DNA from: Isurus oxyrinchus
Lineage: Eukaryota
DNA: 64,000 nucleotides
Assembly (NCBI GenBank): GCA_026770705.1
Contig: JANJGN010000053.1
Span: 3,162,001-3,226,000 of the forward strand
Reading direction: 5' to 3'
Shown here in pieces: positions 1 through 13,425 of this stretch. Below the pieces are notes generated by a model. That model searched no databases. It was not told the DNA's origin and was given only the letters and a program-made list of their open reading frames with translations. Position numbers and translations under genes: made by a program. Numbering within the stretch: position 1 is the stretch's first letter; every line of letters begins with the position of its first letter.

Positions 1-3000
1 GGAACCAATGGGTGACCCTCTCTCTCTGTCTCTCACCAAATATCGATCGTTACCTGCCCTTCTCTCTTACACATTTTCACAATTGCACTTTGTGGTTTTA
101 TACATAATTGATTGTTTTTACAATTATTCTCGTTTGAGTGATTCGGATTTATGAGAACACTATATACAATAAAAAATACGATGAATAATTGTGTATTATA
201 GTTATGTAGATGAAAGTTGCTTACAGTATTCCAGATGTGATTAATTTTGAGCGCGATATCTGTGTCAGGAGGGTGCAGAACACATTTGTATGACGGGCTG
301 TCGGCGAGCTCCAGTCCAATGTTTGTGGTAGAAACTCTTTGTAGGGACTTCAGTCTGGCTCGAATTGTTTAGATAACAATTTACTTTTGAATTATTGGAA
401 ATACTAATCCAGTTGCATTATGCCATCCAATTGGCATAAGTCCTGGTCTCTCTGATCCACTGCTTGTGTGCATGCTCACGGGAATATCAAGGATGAGGGC
501 GTGATGTGACCTCTCAGTGTGACCTAAGTTCACATTATGGAGAGAGAGCTCCACAAGTACTCACCCCCTTTTTACCTTCAGGCCTGCTGTCGGAGGCCCC
601 ATTACCCTTCAAGGGAGCAAGAACTGCAGCTTTCCAGGATTCACAGCTTCAATAGAAAGAGTAAAGTCACAGATTAATGTCAACCCAGAGGAATCGAAGG
701 GCTATAAATTCAGCAGTTATGGGGTGGGGATGGCTAAAGAGGGGGCAGGGGCGATACACATTAATTGAACGATATCCAAGTGCAAACCTCTACCTGGGTT
801 AAGGGTGGTCAGTTCCAAGTTTACAGAACACCGTTTACAGGTGCCTGAAACAATATGTCCTTGCCCAACTGTTCAATTCAGCCCGCCGCCTCTCCTGCAC
901 TGTATGCGGGTGACGATTGTCCTGTCTCAGGGCTTCCATTTCACCCAACGTCCCTCGTAGGGCCAAGTGTGCTTGTACATCTGCCACACCTCGCAGTCTG
1001 ACCCCTATTATGTATGGAGGTGGGTAAAGTGGTATTGGATCTGTGATGCTGGGCAGGCCTTTTCCATTTAGCACCCATGTACGTTCAGTTGTTACCCAGT
1101 GATGCTCAGCCTTTTGTGGCTGCGAATGCAGCTGGTGAGCTTCTCTGTATCTCATTGCCTGCTGTGGCTGTTTTCATTCTGACTGGGGGTAAACGTTGAG
1201 CCTCAGCCTCGTGCTGCCTTGTCCCCTTCCCTCTGGCTGGCTCATTCAGCTCCTTTCTGCTGGCACTGTGTGCAGTGCCCGTTATCATCAATGCTGATCA
1301 TTGCTCAGTTCCTCTGGTGGGGGTTGACACAGTTCTGGCTGTAGGTGGTTCCTCCTCCTCCTCATCCTCCAGCTTGGCCATTATCCCTGCACACAGCATT
1401 CGGCTAGTCTCCAACCTAGGCCCGAGTGAATGGCACTGTTTTCCCTTTCCCTCTGGAGGGCCACTCCCAGTGCCATGCAGTCCAGTGGCAGGAGGCTGCA
1501 CACTGCCCTTGGTCATCACATTCTTCACCTACAGTGCGCTCGCTCCTGTAGCACAGTGAGCAGCAGTGTCCAGCTGCAGTTCAACAGCTCCTTCCTTAAC
1601 TCTGCAAAATTAATATTGGAATGTCTCGGAAATCAATCACCTCATAATGAATAAGATTGACTAAAAGATTCTTTGCATCACGCTTATCACAGATATTAAT
1701 ATCTGAATCTGTAACAGTGCAATGGTCACTGCCTTGGGCTGCGCTTTGCAGACAAAACATATATCATGTCCCTGAGTTCATTACCAAATGATCAACTTTG
1801 ACCTGTAGACACTCACTAAACGGAAGTATTGTAAAAAACAATTGTGCAGGCAGAATAGTAAACATTTTTCTGTCCAGTTTTAACCTGTTTGGCATGTTCC
1901 CAGGCCTATTCATTTGTTTAGTTTCATCCTGTCAAATGGGCTCAAGTTCACCTTCTATGTGCTACAACAGAAGAAAATAAAAATCCTACCACTTACTTTC
2001 AAAATTGTCCTGAAGTAATTCCCTCTTCTCTGCCAGTTGCCAGGCCCGTCCAACCTTCCTCTCGATCCTTCTGCTCGCTCATGACAGACACAGCACAATC
2101 CTGGTCAGCAGCTCCGCGATCCAGAGAACCAAACATAACTGTTGGGTCGCTGCGGCTGGATCTACCGGGGGTGCCGAGTGCTCAGCAGCACTAAAGTCAC
2201 TGATGTCCATACAAGAGGTCCTGATATGGCCAAAAAGCATGATAACAAAAGCGGAAAAGTCTGGTAAGAACCAGCTGATAGAGTAAGAATAGTTAATGAC
2301 ACAAAGGACTGAAAATTAGTGGCGGGAAGCAAAAACATCTGGGAACACTTAATGACAAGAATTGGGGTGACTGGACCATATTTTGTGATCTCTATTTGAA
2401 CGTAAATGTTTCTAGGCCATTTTTAGCTGGATGTAATTATTAGACTTCAAGCGGGTGAAAACAGTCTGTCTACTCTTGACTGGGAAACAGTCTGTCCACT
2501 CTAAACTTAATTGAAGAAAACATCTCTCTATGTCTGGAGATAATACTGAGAAATGTTGCAAAATTTGATAATGTTTGATCAAATTTCGAGCACTATTTGA
2601 AGAGGTTCCTACAGTTGAGATAAAAAGATGTAGCGAGGATCATCTCCGGAATGTGCTGGAGGTTTTGCAGGCCGCTTTGTGGTGAGGACTGGCCTGTAGT
2701 CATTTTTTTTTTCTTGCTCTGCATCCAGAAAGCAGGGAGTCCAATTTCTAGCCGAGGATGCATCATGCAGGCTGATTTAGCAAAGGGCCGAGTGCTGCAT
2801 TACTAGCGGCCTCATCATGTGGAGGAGGTTTCAAATTGTAGTAGCCATGCCCCCGCCTCCTTAAAGATCACATTCCAAGTTAAAAGCAGAGAATTATCTT
2901 ACCTTTACATATCAGGTTAACGGACCATTTATTTCAAAGAAAATCCGAAAAAAACACGATGTTTGCCTCAAGCCAGCTCTTCCTGCCACCCCCTCACCGC

Positions 3001-3619
3001 TCACCCCCTGCCCCCACAACCCCGCCGCCGCCGGGCCCTCTAAACCAACTCCATGCTGGCCTTGCTTCCATTCTCCCACCCCATATATACATGCTGGCCT
3101 GGCTCCCCCCTCCCCATTTCCATGCTAGCCTCCCCACCCCTTCCCCAGAAGCTCCAATATAGGCCTCAATCTCTCGCATTCTCGGCCCCACTCACTCTCG
3201 ATCCACATGGAGCAGCTCCACTTACTGATCAGAAGCAGAAATGTGGCACACACCAGCACAGGAAGTGGAAATGCCCCTTGAAGCAACAAGTTCTGAGGGA
3301 GTGGCTTCTGGATCACGCAAAGGATTTTTAATGTGACCACCTTTGTGCGGCTGGGCGAAGCAGAGGCCATTAGCCATCTTCCAAGGTATAGGCTGCATTC
3401 CCACTGCTTGTCCCGATGCAAGAGGGGATGAGATGATGGTTAGAAAACTATCAATGCGCAGGGATGCGGGCAGAAGGCAGAAGAATGGACCTTGTTCAAA
3501 TGTTTATGTTTTAAAATCCTTTCTTGTTTGTGATTCACCCTTTGATCACTTTCAAACTTTACCGGGCAGGAATAACTTCCCATTCACAACAATCCCTGAG
3601 CCGAAACATTTCTAAAAGC

Positions 3620-3880
3620 GACAGATGAAACTTGAACAACCGTCAGAGTAGATGGGGAAGTAAGGATCACACAAACGGAGGTAAGAAAATTAGTTGTGAA
3701 GGGGACGGAAGGATGTAGATCTGTTACATGATTGGACAAAGAGATGGCAAACGGGGTGTAAAGTAGGAAAATGTGAGTTTGACCATTTTGGCAGGGCAAA
3801 CAAAAAAGGGGCACATATTATAAACGGTGAGAGGTTGCAGAGCTCGGATTTACAGAGGGATCTGGGTGTCCTACTACATG
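3620..3880 (+). mobile_element. CR1-type LINE ORF2 fragment
   Basis: Decayed reverse-transcriptase C-terminal motifs (AAAATGTGAGTTTGACCATTTTGGCAGG; CAGAGGGATCTGGGTGTCCT), matching the better preserved CR1 copies at 16.4 and 24 kb. Confidence 0.65.
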
Positions 3881-5281
3881 AAAGATTTTGTTCCTTTCTG
3901 CTGTTAAATTTTCGAAAGCCATTGAAATTCGCACAGTCCCGAGTGCCAGAATGATTGCTCTTGAGAAGGGTCACATTCGCTGAAAAAGCCTCAGTTTCGT
4001 TTTAAACCTCTTTCACTTCTGCAGTGGTCACGCGGTCTTATCCATTCACTGACCTGCTCTCTTCTTTTCGACTAAAATCTCAAATACAACTCAATCTTCC
4101 CGTTTTATTGTCACTTCAGAGCTGGCAGCAGAGTGATCCTTTAACAGGGAAATCATTTTGCTTCACACAAGATGGGCACAGAAATCAGGCGTTGAGAGCG
4201 GACACAGAAACACAGGAACATCATTTTAACCCGCCAGCCCATTTCACACACTGTCTTGCATAATGTTCACATCTGCACATTCACAGGACAAATTTCCCCC
4301 AGATTGACAATTCTCGGGATAGGCTTCCTATTCCACTCGGCCTCTGCTGTGGATTCTCCGGAGTTATTTGTAGTTTCGCAGCTCTGCTCAAAGTGTCTGG
4401 TCCCCAGATTCAGGGGCTGAAACGCATCACAGCTCTGGCTGGATTAACACAGGTCTAATTTTACATTATTAGATTATTCACAGCCAGCAATATGTTTAGT
4501 TAATATGAAAATACAAATGTTGTGCTCTGGCCCTTCAGTAAGCGTATCCCACGTTGTTTTATAGGGCAAGGGAGAAAAGTGAGAGAGGGCGGAGTGAAAG
4601 TCAAAGTCAGGGTGAGTTCAGGCAGTGAGACACAGACAGTCAGGCAAAGTATCTGTTGCAGAATACGTTGTTGAATCCAGTTTTACGAATATACAATTGG
4701 AAAGGTAGAAGACGCTGTCTCATTTCTCATTGATATTTTACCAGAGAAAAATACATTATTAATCACACACTCAGGGTCAGTGCCAGAGAGTGACCTAAAG
4801 CCTCATAGTTAATCCCGTTTTCCCTGTTGTAATCTCTGCAGTCTTGCAGGTGAGAGTTGCTGGGTATTGCTCTCAGTGACGGAGTGTTTCACTTCGATTA
4901 ACTGAATCTTGGGGTCTCCCTGTCAGATATTAACTATTTCACCGTTCCAGCAAATCACTACCTCTGTAATTCCTCCCATGTTTCTGCAGGATTGCTTTGT
5001 GAAGATGGGCTCGTGAACAGCAAATCCCCTGCAGGGAATGATGCCAAACTGGAGTTCGTAAATTGACAAGCCCCTCACTTTTCAATGTACTGTGATCTTT
5101 TCCCTTTCCCAATACTTTTGCTCAGATAGTGATCTAAGTGAATTGCAGAAAATGTTGATTTTACTTGCTGATTTACAGCAGACATCCACACGTGAGGTAC
5201 TTGGTGCCACCCGAACGCTGATTGTTCGTGAGTCAGAGACTGACAGACGCAGAATCAATGCCACACTCACGGGTAGTAAGT

Positions 5282-5400
5282 GAGACTGATATTTACACAT
5301 CTAATCCAACAATCATAGATAGTACCAGAGACTGATATTTACAGAATTAATTCCACAATCACAGATAGTGCCAGAGATTGATATTGATAGAATGAATAGT
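5282..5400 (+). repeat. short tandem repeat, about 46-bp unit, about 3 copies
   Basis: GAGACTGATATTTACA...ACAATCA(T/C)AGATAGT(A/G)CCA recurs head to tail. Confidence 0.7.
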
Positions 5401-6028
5401 GAAACTTTGCAGGATTACAGGGAGCGGCATTCGGTGAATTGCACCTTCAGAGGGCCAGCACAGATTTGACAGCCCGAATTGCCTCTTTCTGTGTTGTAAC
5501 TATTCCATGATTCAAATGGAAAAATACTGGAAGAACTTAGTAGCTCTGGAAATTTTGACGTTTCGATAGCAGATATTTTCGTTGAAAGTTCAATCGACTT
5601 GAAATGTGAATCCTCCCTTCATTTCTCCACAGATGCTGTCGGAGCACAGATGAGTGTTTCAGCAAATACTGTCATTATTTCAGATTCCCAAATTGAGCAG
5701 TGTCTCGCTTTTTGAACAATAAAACAACCCCTGTGCAGGAATCCATATTCAAATAATAAATGGGAAGCAACAGACGGGAAAATTTCAGATAATTGGCGAA
5801 TTTTACTAAATCAGAGTAATTCTATTCCTGCTAAAGGCTGCAGTTCAGGGAAGGTCTTCATTATCAGCAACAAGGAATAAGCCTGAGTTACACTGTAAAT
5901 GGATGAGAAGTTTGGAAATATTTTTTTATAAAAATTGAACCGGCTCGTATTTTTGGAACAGAATTTCACCGAAACAGATCAAATTCAGCTGCGAACTCCA
6001 TATGTGAGGGGTATAGAAACTAAGAGAC

Positions 6029-6100
6029 TGCGGCGGCCGAGAATCAAACCCGTCTGAATTACTTACAAGGGTGTTATGCTTACCACTATACCAACATCAC
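6029..6100 (-). pseudogene. degenerate tRNA-Gly(TCC)-derived pseudogene
   Basis: The 72-nt reverse complement aligns without gaps to vertebrate tRNA-Gly(TCC) (GGTATAGTGGTAAGCATA D-arm; GGGTTTGATTCTCGGCC T-arm). The anticodon now reads TGT, and the T-loop and stems are mutated. Confidence 0.7.
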
Positions 6101-6939
6101 TAGCTGCCAAGGGCAAAATGGACTGGAAAGTTCCAAGCCTCTGAACAAGGGCGTTATCATTAAAAAAAAAGCAATGTTAACGTTGAGCCACTGAAGGAGG
6201 TATCACATCGATCATAAAAACTGGATCCTCCCCCTCCCATTGCAGGTTCCTCTCCAGCTTTAAAGCGGGCATTTTGCGGGCAGCAGGACTTTCAGCTCTT
6301 AGCTCAAACTGCAAAGATTAGTATCTATACGCCTGACTATGCAGTTCTTTTCTACATAAAATTTCAATTCTTTCCTTTGCCTACTTGAATGAGACCCTTT
6401 AGGACTGCCTTCATCCACGGTGTAGTCACTGATCTCTTTTACGTAAGCTGCAAGCAATTACTTCCTGTTGGACAAGCGCAAGCATTGAGGCTCGTGCATT
6501 GCTACTTGCTGGATCCAGTTACTTGCCTCACTGGTAGTCACTCCCTCCTGTCTTTGACCGCACAACAATTCTGAAGTACATACAGTCATGATCCTTAATG
6601 TTCTAATCCTGTCACATGAAGCGAATGTGCCAGTTATAAGTGAGAGGTTCTGTTATTAGTTGCGGGAATGGTGGTACATTATTATTAAGCATATAAATGA
6701 ATTGGTTTCCACCCATGTGGATGGAAGGAAAATTAAGTTTGTGTCTCTGTTCTCTGGGTTTTGTGACTAAACCAATGTTAAGAAAGACTGGCTCCATATT
6801 CCTCCTTTACTCAGGGAATGAGTATCAAATTGCACCATGGTTCCAGAGAATGAACGTCGAGCTATAGTGGCTGTAAGCTGACTAAGCATTCTTTGTATCT
6901 ATTTCTGACAGAGGTATTGCTCCAGGAAATCTCTGGTGA

Positions 6940-7520
6940 AAAATGGCTGAAGCCAGAAGCAAATTTTTACCCTTTGTTTGCAATTCTTTTCAGTAACCTG
7001 AACCGTAGAAGCAGTGGAAAATGAGGTGGAAATGTGTACTTGAGTTCCCTCGTTTTCCAGGAGGAAGAAGGGCACTGCTTTGAATTCGGCAGCACCAGGA
7101 AACAATAAGGTTAGGAGTCAATTATTTTTGGAGCTGGTTTGGGCACTGAGGAGGGACTAACTTTTCTATGGCAACTGTTGGATAGGTTTTATATTGAAGG
7201 TGATTTGTTAGAAGTCTACGGAGCATGGTCAACATTTGATGAATTTGTGATGACAGACCATCAGTCCATGGAAGAGTATATTCTGGAATTTAATAAATGT
7301 TAGCAGAGATTGACAAAGTTTGTCCTAAATGTTTCGAGTCTGTGTTTCTATTTAAGTTATGAGATTGTACCCAAATTTCACATATTTCTAGCAATGACGG
7401 GGTTTCCCTTACATGGAGCAGACTCTTTTAGAACAAATGGCTACTTTCCTGAAAAAAACGGGAATTCATTCACTTCTGACCATTTTCAGTTTAATTGCAA
7501 ATACCTCTGCATTGATTAAA
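6940..7520 (+). mobile_element. Ty1/Copia-like LTR retrotransposon gag relic
   Basis: Translation with stops reads KQWKNEVEMCT*VPSFSRRKKGTAL...DLLEVYGAWSTFDEF...SMEEYILEFNKC*QRLTKF, resembling the gag N-terminus of fish and shark Copia-like elements (recalled similarity). Confidence 0.5.
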
Positions 7521-7944
7521 AGTATGGAGGCCTCCATGATTGCTGAATTTCGAGATCGACTGAAGCTAGGTGCTGGCATCAGTGCAACTACAGAGTTACT
7601 GATAGGCAGAATGAAGATGGCTGCACTTTTAGCCACTTTTGGAATTCTGAGCAAAAGTGGGCCTGGAATGGCAGTGGAGACGCTTTAACCCTAGAAGTTC
7701 ATGAGGAATGATAAACAGTTGTTTGTTGTGATTCCCAATATATTGTCCAAAGCACAAAAATCGAGTATTTTAGGCAACATGTGAAATGGAGAAGACCGAC
7801 GTTGAGTATGATGATGATTAGCCTGAGAATTTGTATTGGTTGATAGAAGCTTGAGGCAGAGATGAGCATTTTGGTAGATGTGCAGTGCTGCAGGGCGATA
7901 CCAGATTCTGCCTCGCCTATTCATATGTTTTGCGGTATAGAGAC

Positions 7945-9715
7945 AGAATCACAGAAATATTACAGTGTAAGAATTAGGCCTTTCGGCTCATCGTGTCTGC
8001 AGCGGCTCTGTGAATGAGCACCTCATCTAATGTCATTTCCCTGCCTTCTCCTCGTAAAAGTGAAAATGTTTGTTTTCGAAAAAAAAACACCCAATTCACT
8101 CTTAAATGCCTCGATGGAACCTGCCTCCAACAGACCTTCAGGCAGTGCATTCCACACCCATCCACTCATTGGTTAAAAAAGTTATTACCTCATGTTACTT
8201 TTGTTTTGTTTTACCAATTATCATAAATCTTTGGTCTCTTTTTGTTAATATTCCTTCCACCAATGGAAGTTATCCCTAACTTCCCTCTCCAGTCTCCTCA
8301 GGGTTTTGGATACTTCTATCAAAGCTCCTCCCAGCTTCTTTTATCCAAAGAAGAGTGTTTCAATTTCTCCTACCTCTCGTCATAACTAATGAATCCTACA
8401 CCTTAATCCCGTAAATATCTACTGCTCTCTCTCTCTCCAATGACTTAAATCCTTCCTAAAATTTGAGGCCCAAGACTGACCGCAGAACTCTAGTTGAGGT
8501 CTTACAGGAGCTCAACATAACCTCATTGATTTTGTACTCTATGTTCTTATTAATAATGGCGAAGAAACTTTATACTTTATTAACTGCCCTCTCAACCTAT
8601 CCTGCCACTTTTAACTATATTTACACATATACACCTATATCCCTTCGCTCCAGAACCTCCCTTGCACTTGTATACTTTACTTTATATGCTCTTTTTACCA
8701 AAATGTACCGGCTCACATTTCTCTACTTTGAATTCATCTGCCACTTATAAACCAATTCCAACAACTTGTATGTGTCCTTTTGCAGCTCTAAACTGTACTC
8801 CCCACAAGGCTTTCAAGTTTTGCATCGTCCGAAAATTTTGAAATTGTTCCCTGTGCACCAAGGTGTAGATCATTACTATTGTTCAGGCGAAAGCAAGGGT
8901 GCCATGCGGACGTGTGGGGAAATCCAGCATAAGCCATCCTCCAGCCTCAAAAACATGCATAAACCATTACTATCTGCTCCCTGTCACTCAGCCAATTTTG
9001 TAAACATGTTGCTACTGTTCCATTTATTTCATTAGCTACATTTGTTCTCTCACATGCCTGTTGTGTGGCACTGTATCAAATGTGTTCAGGAGTCCATGTA
9101 CATCAACAACTTTGCCTTTATCGACCCTGTGTGTTACTTTAAAAAAAACTTCAGTATGTTAGTTAAATATGATTTCGCCATCAGAAGTCTATGCTGCTTT
9201 CCTTAAATAACTCTCATTTGTCTACCTCTATTATTTCTGCCGCTAATTCTACTTTCTGGAAGTTTCTGATCAGCAAATTTAAACTGACAAAACTGTAGCT
9301 TAATCCCTTGACACTTCTTTGAACAAGGGTGCATTGTTTGCAACTTTCCAGTCATCTAGGGCGTTCCTTGAATCTACATAAGACTGAAACTTTATAGCCA
9401 GTGCCCCAAAATTTTTACTCTCGCTTCCCTCAGTGTCCTTAGATGCACCTCAAACTGTCACGGTGCTTTGATGACTTTCAATGCAGTTAAACTATCCAAT
9501 ACTCCCCCCTTATCAATTTTAAGCCGTTTAGTGACTTTTTTTCCTCTCCCGTTTCACTATGGCCTAGCCAGCATATTCTTCCTTCGTAAAGTCAGGTGCA
9601 AAGCATTCATTTATTATATCAGAAGCCCTGCCCTCCCTGCAATCCTTGGCCCCGCGTGTAAATCCACTTTCTGGTCCCTAATCAGCGCTGCCCTCCTTCC
9701 ACAGAGTAACAATTT
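7945..9715 (-). mobile_element. decayed CR1-type LINE (3' half of ORF2 plus tail)
   Basis: The reverse-strand tail (ACAGAATCACAGAA...GGCCTTTCGGCTCATCGTGTCTGC) and RT-region segments are collinear with the CR1 copy at 23739-24895. Many stops. Confidence 0.75.
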
Positions 9716-10164
9716 ATGATGGATCAAGTGTTAGTTGTCGATAGAAAATGTTGTCAAAAACGTGTCAGGACGTCTGCACAGTTTGGGATGTGTAACAGCA
9801 ACTTAACTTCACTGCAGTGGACATTGCAATTTTTGGGACCTTAGCTGTTTACTAAACTGGCGCTTTTTATTGCAATTCCTGCTGTGCAACGGAGTTAAAG
9901 CCAAAACAGAGAGGTTTTGCCAACTGTTGTAACATGTTAATGACTGTTTTCCATGTACCCTGAGTGGCAAGTGCGCTGCTATAGGAAGAAACAATTCTAA
10001 TCCCCGTGGAAAATCAGCAAACATGAAACACATGATACAAAGTGGGACAATGTTTATGATATAATTTAAATAAAACAACATATTGTCGTGGCTGCAGAAA
10101 GGGCACATTCAAACCTGCCACACTGGCGAAAATTTAACTATGGTCAGAATAGGAAGAGTTGGTT

Positions 10165-11069
10165 TCATTTTGCATTTGTTTTTATCAGTATCAGAATAAT
10201 TGTCCAAGGAGATTTCACTATCTTCTTCAGCTCTTCCCTGAATTTAGTTTGTGTAGCTGCATAAATAAACGCGTTTGTGCAGGAACTCAAATACATGAGC
10301 ATTTGTCCAGTTTGAGTGGCGATGTATGCAGGAGATGAATCCGGTCGTACATGAATGACCATACCACTGACTAATGTACAAACGACTGTTGTCAGCCACA
10401 ACAGTATAAAAGTGCCCGACAAACTGAACAGTAATATAATCGATTTTCTTCTGTTGTGTATTTCCGGATCACTGTGATTCTCGCTGCTGTGACCCCGGAG
10501 CTCCTTACGGGCTCGACTGGCGACTAAAATCTGTCTAACTGTCAAACAATTGAACAGTAATATCAAAGTGAAAGGAATCCAACTCAATAAAATACTTTGT
10601 AGCCAAGTAAATGTTACACCAAAAGGAGATGTATAAAACTCTAGGCTGGGTTGGAAACCCCAGTGAACATTGTCAATTATTCGCTTAGGTTCAAATGCAA
10701 ACCAAATCGGGACGCACTGTAAACATGAGAGGACAGAGATTGCTGTTAGAACTGTCACCGCAGTTCTCATTGTGCAATATCTTGTCTTAAACGTGTGAAT
10801 ACAGATAGATACAAAGCGGTCAAATGTGAAGCAAATTGTAAACCAGACCGATAAATACAGGTTGACATTATTTGTGTACATTATGAACTTGCAAATGGGT
10901 GTATGGGACAGGAATATATGTGGAAAATGCTTACTCAGGATGTTATACACGAGAACATTATTGAGCATGACCAGTAAATCAGCTACTGCCATGGACACCA
11001 TATAGAAATAAATACATTTTGAAAGGCCGCAATTTCCTCTGAAGAGTATCACGATTGTCATCACGTTCG
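10165..11069 (-). CDS. GPCR coding exon 2 (TM1 second half to C-terminus)
   Basis: Acceptor CTCTCCCTTTTTCCCACAG|CG at 11070/11069; open to TGA at 10167-10165. Confidence 0.93.
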
Positions 11070-13357
11070 CTGTGGGAAAAAGGGAGAGACAGAAGTTAAC
11101 ATGGAAAGTCACAAACATTTCACAGAATATTATAGGAAATAGTACTGTGCATTTCTGCCTAGCGTTATATGCATGTTTCGATTTATAATATTGTAAAGTG
11201 TGCACGAAATTCCTAAAATAAATAAACGAAAATGCACTCTATTGTGCTCATTTTCAGGAGCAGTATTTTTGAGACGGCCCCTAGCTGAAGAAGGGACCGG
11301 AACCAGGTATCTGGCGGTGGGAATACAAATTGGACATTAGACTTCTGAGGAATGAACCTTTGCATGTAATTGGTAAGGAAATGGAAACTAATTAGGAAGT
11401 CTAAACAGATTGGGAGATAGGATTTCAGTCTGTGGTCAAAACAAGCAGGAGTCTAAAAAATGCTATTGATTTTCAGCAGAAGCGATGCAGACCCAGGCGC
11501 TCTCGCTGAATCTGTGAATAGGAGCAATCTTAAAACCTGAGACAATCTGTGAGCCAACCAGGCAAGCGGAAGAGGTGGGAGTTATTCTTTTTAACCAGAG
11601 CTGATCATACTGTGTACCAGAGAGCCATTGAATGTTGGAGTGACAGTGCCTCTGGGAAAACTCTGCCATCAGGAGCGTTGTGACCCGAGTGAAAGATGCT
11701 GCACAGAAGTGTGCCTCGTTGATGAACATCATACCCGTGGAGCTTGGATGGATTCAAGTGGCTGTTGGAGACAACTTGAGAATCAGACGTTGCGGGAAGA
11801 TGAGTAGTTGAGCACTGCAGGAGCAAGGTGGAGTTGTGAGAGACATTGGGACTGCGCACCGATCCAGATATGTGCTGAGGACCAGCCGAGAAATCCATCA
11901 GGCTTACCATTGTAAAAGGTACTTCAACTATCATAAACGCGTTCTACTGAATACAATTATCAATTAATTATATGTTTTTGTGTATGGTTTGATTTTTTTA
12001 CAGTAAATGTTAAAAGAAGTGAAATCTTGCCCATTTTTTCCGTCCATCGGAGTCCTTTAAGAAGTTATTTTCCATCAGGTAATTGATTCTCAAGTGGACT
12101 GTAACACTGTGTACAGGGATTGGGACTCTGTCGTCCTCCCGGTAAGTTTCAGTCTGATGTATTCATGGTGCTGAGAGAAGGGTCACTAGAATCCAGTTCA
12201 CACGATGGCAACGGAGAGTCGCTCCAAGCTGCTCCTACTCCCACCGACACTTATGCATTGATGCCTCAACTGGAGCTAATGTTAACTTCGGTTAATAGTG
12301 TAAAACTGGCAAAATCTGATCAACCGTCCGTCAAACATCTCTCCCGATTTCCTTCCAAAGACCTTCGCCACTGGCATTGGATTGAGGCTCAATTTACATT
12401 TAAACTGTACAGTGCAAATGACCCGTGAGTACCTCATGGAGACAGTCCACTTACCGATAATAGGTTTCGTAAGGGGAAAATGGGATATTACTATAAATTG
12501 TTCTATTTAAACGGTCAAATAATGAACACATTTCCTGACATATAACCTACCTGTCATCAGGCCGTTCCCGTGTGATACACCGAGTGAATTTGCTAAATTG
12601 CCACTGAGGCTCCATGTTACACTAAAGAGAATTTTACAAACGGCTCCTCCTGATTATTTGGCGATGGGAATCTCGGGAAGGACATCAGATGCCAGCGGTG
12701 GTCAATATAATGTCCAATCCATTACAGGAAGCAATAAATTCAAATAAAATATTCAGCTGAACAAAACAACTATCCAATTGAATACAGCACATCGCTCTGT
12801 GACATTTTATAATCGCTTTGAAGGACCCGGTCAGGAACTGAATAAGAACAGATGGATCCGCAAAGATTCTTTGCGAGGGAGGAATGAGGACAGCTTCCTC
12901 TTCCTCAAAATATCTTCTTGTTCCCTGCTGGGTGGAGGACGCTGCAGTACTTGGAATTATCACTGCAATGTCGACAATGGGCAACGGGACATATGAAATT
13001 GTTAATATAGACATTAAGCAACACATTCTTTAATGATCTATGAACTGTTGGAGTGGCGGCAATTCAAACCCCCTCTCCTTCAGGGTGAGGAGGAAAATTA
13101 AACTCCAGGTGCCCACAATCTGCCAAGCATACCCACGGCTCACAGGCCCTGTGAACAGCTATATTTCCCGTTGATATTCAGCAATTCATCCCGATACGAT
13201 ATGACTGGGCAGTGAGACATTCCCGCAATCAGCCACATAATCACTAGCAGTGAAATACTCAGCAGTTACCAGGCAACAATGACTTACCGGGAATACCAAA
13301 GGCTGCTAAAATTGGGTAGTAAATTTGCTTTACTTGTAGAATCGTTGGCAGGATCAT
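10165..13357 (-). CDS. orphan class A GPCR, GPR139/GPR142-like (shark-expanded type), two coding exons, 324 aa
   Basis: join(13357-13288, 11069-10165) = 975 nt in frame with a canonical GT..AG phase-1 intron. The protein MILPTILQVKQIYYPILAAFGIP-ANVMTIVILFRGNCGLSKCI...MAVADLLV...FTFDRFVSIC...RRKSIILLF...SSCTNAFIYAATQTKFREE has 7 hydrophobic helices and family-typical motifs. Confidence 0.92.
11245..12105 (+). mobile_element. possible solo-LTR-like insertion in the GPCR intron
   Basis: Non-coding block ending ...GGACTGTAACA, preceded by an AT-rich polyA-signal-like segment (AGTAAA). The left boundary is uncertain. Confidence 0.3.
13288..13357 (-). CDS. GPCR coding exon 1 (MILPTILQVKQIYYPILAAFGIP)
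   Basis: ATG at 13357-13355, donor CCCG|GTAAGT at 13288/13287. YYP..A.FGIP is the typical start of TM1. This exon is missed by the ORF track. Confidence 0.88.
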
Positions 13358-13425
13358 TGTTTTCGAAGAATGCGATGGATCACTCAGTTTTCTGAGTTGC
13401 ATTAAAGATCCGTAAATGTTTCCCG

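Noticed and set aside
520-1600. GC-richer block with short ORFs (possible DNA transposon relic)
   Set aside because: No transposase motif or terminal inverted repeats could be identified by eye.
1998-2210. Minus-strand exon resembling a type II membrane protein N-terminus (MDISDF...LCLVLWIAELLTRIVLCLS*)
   Set aside because: In-frame stop, no recognisable family motif and no downstream exons found.
6029-6100. Functional tRNA gene
   Set aside because: Anticodon, T-loop and stems are mutated; kept only as a pseudogene.
11070-11205. N-terminal extension of the GPCR in the ORF track
   Set aside because: Intronic: a strong acceptor at 11070 and a proper exon 1 at 13357-13288 give the family-typical N-terminus.
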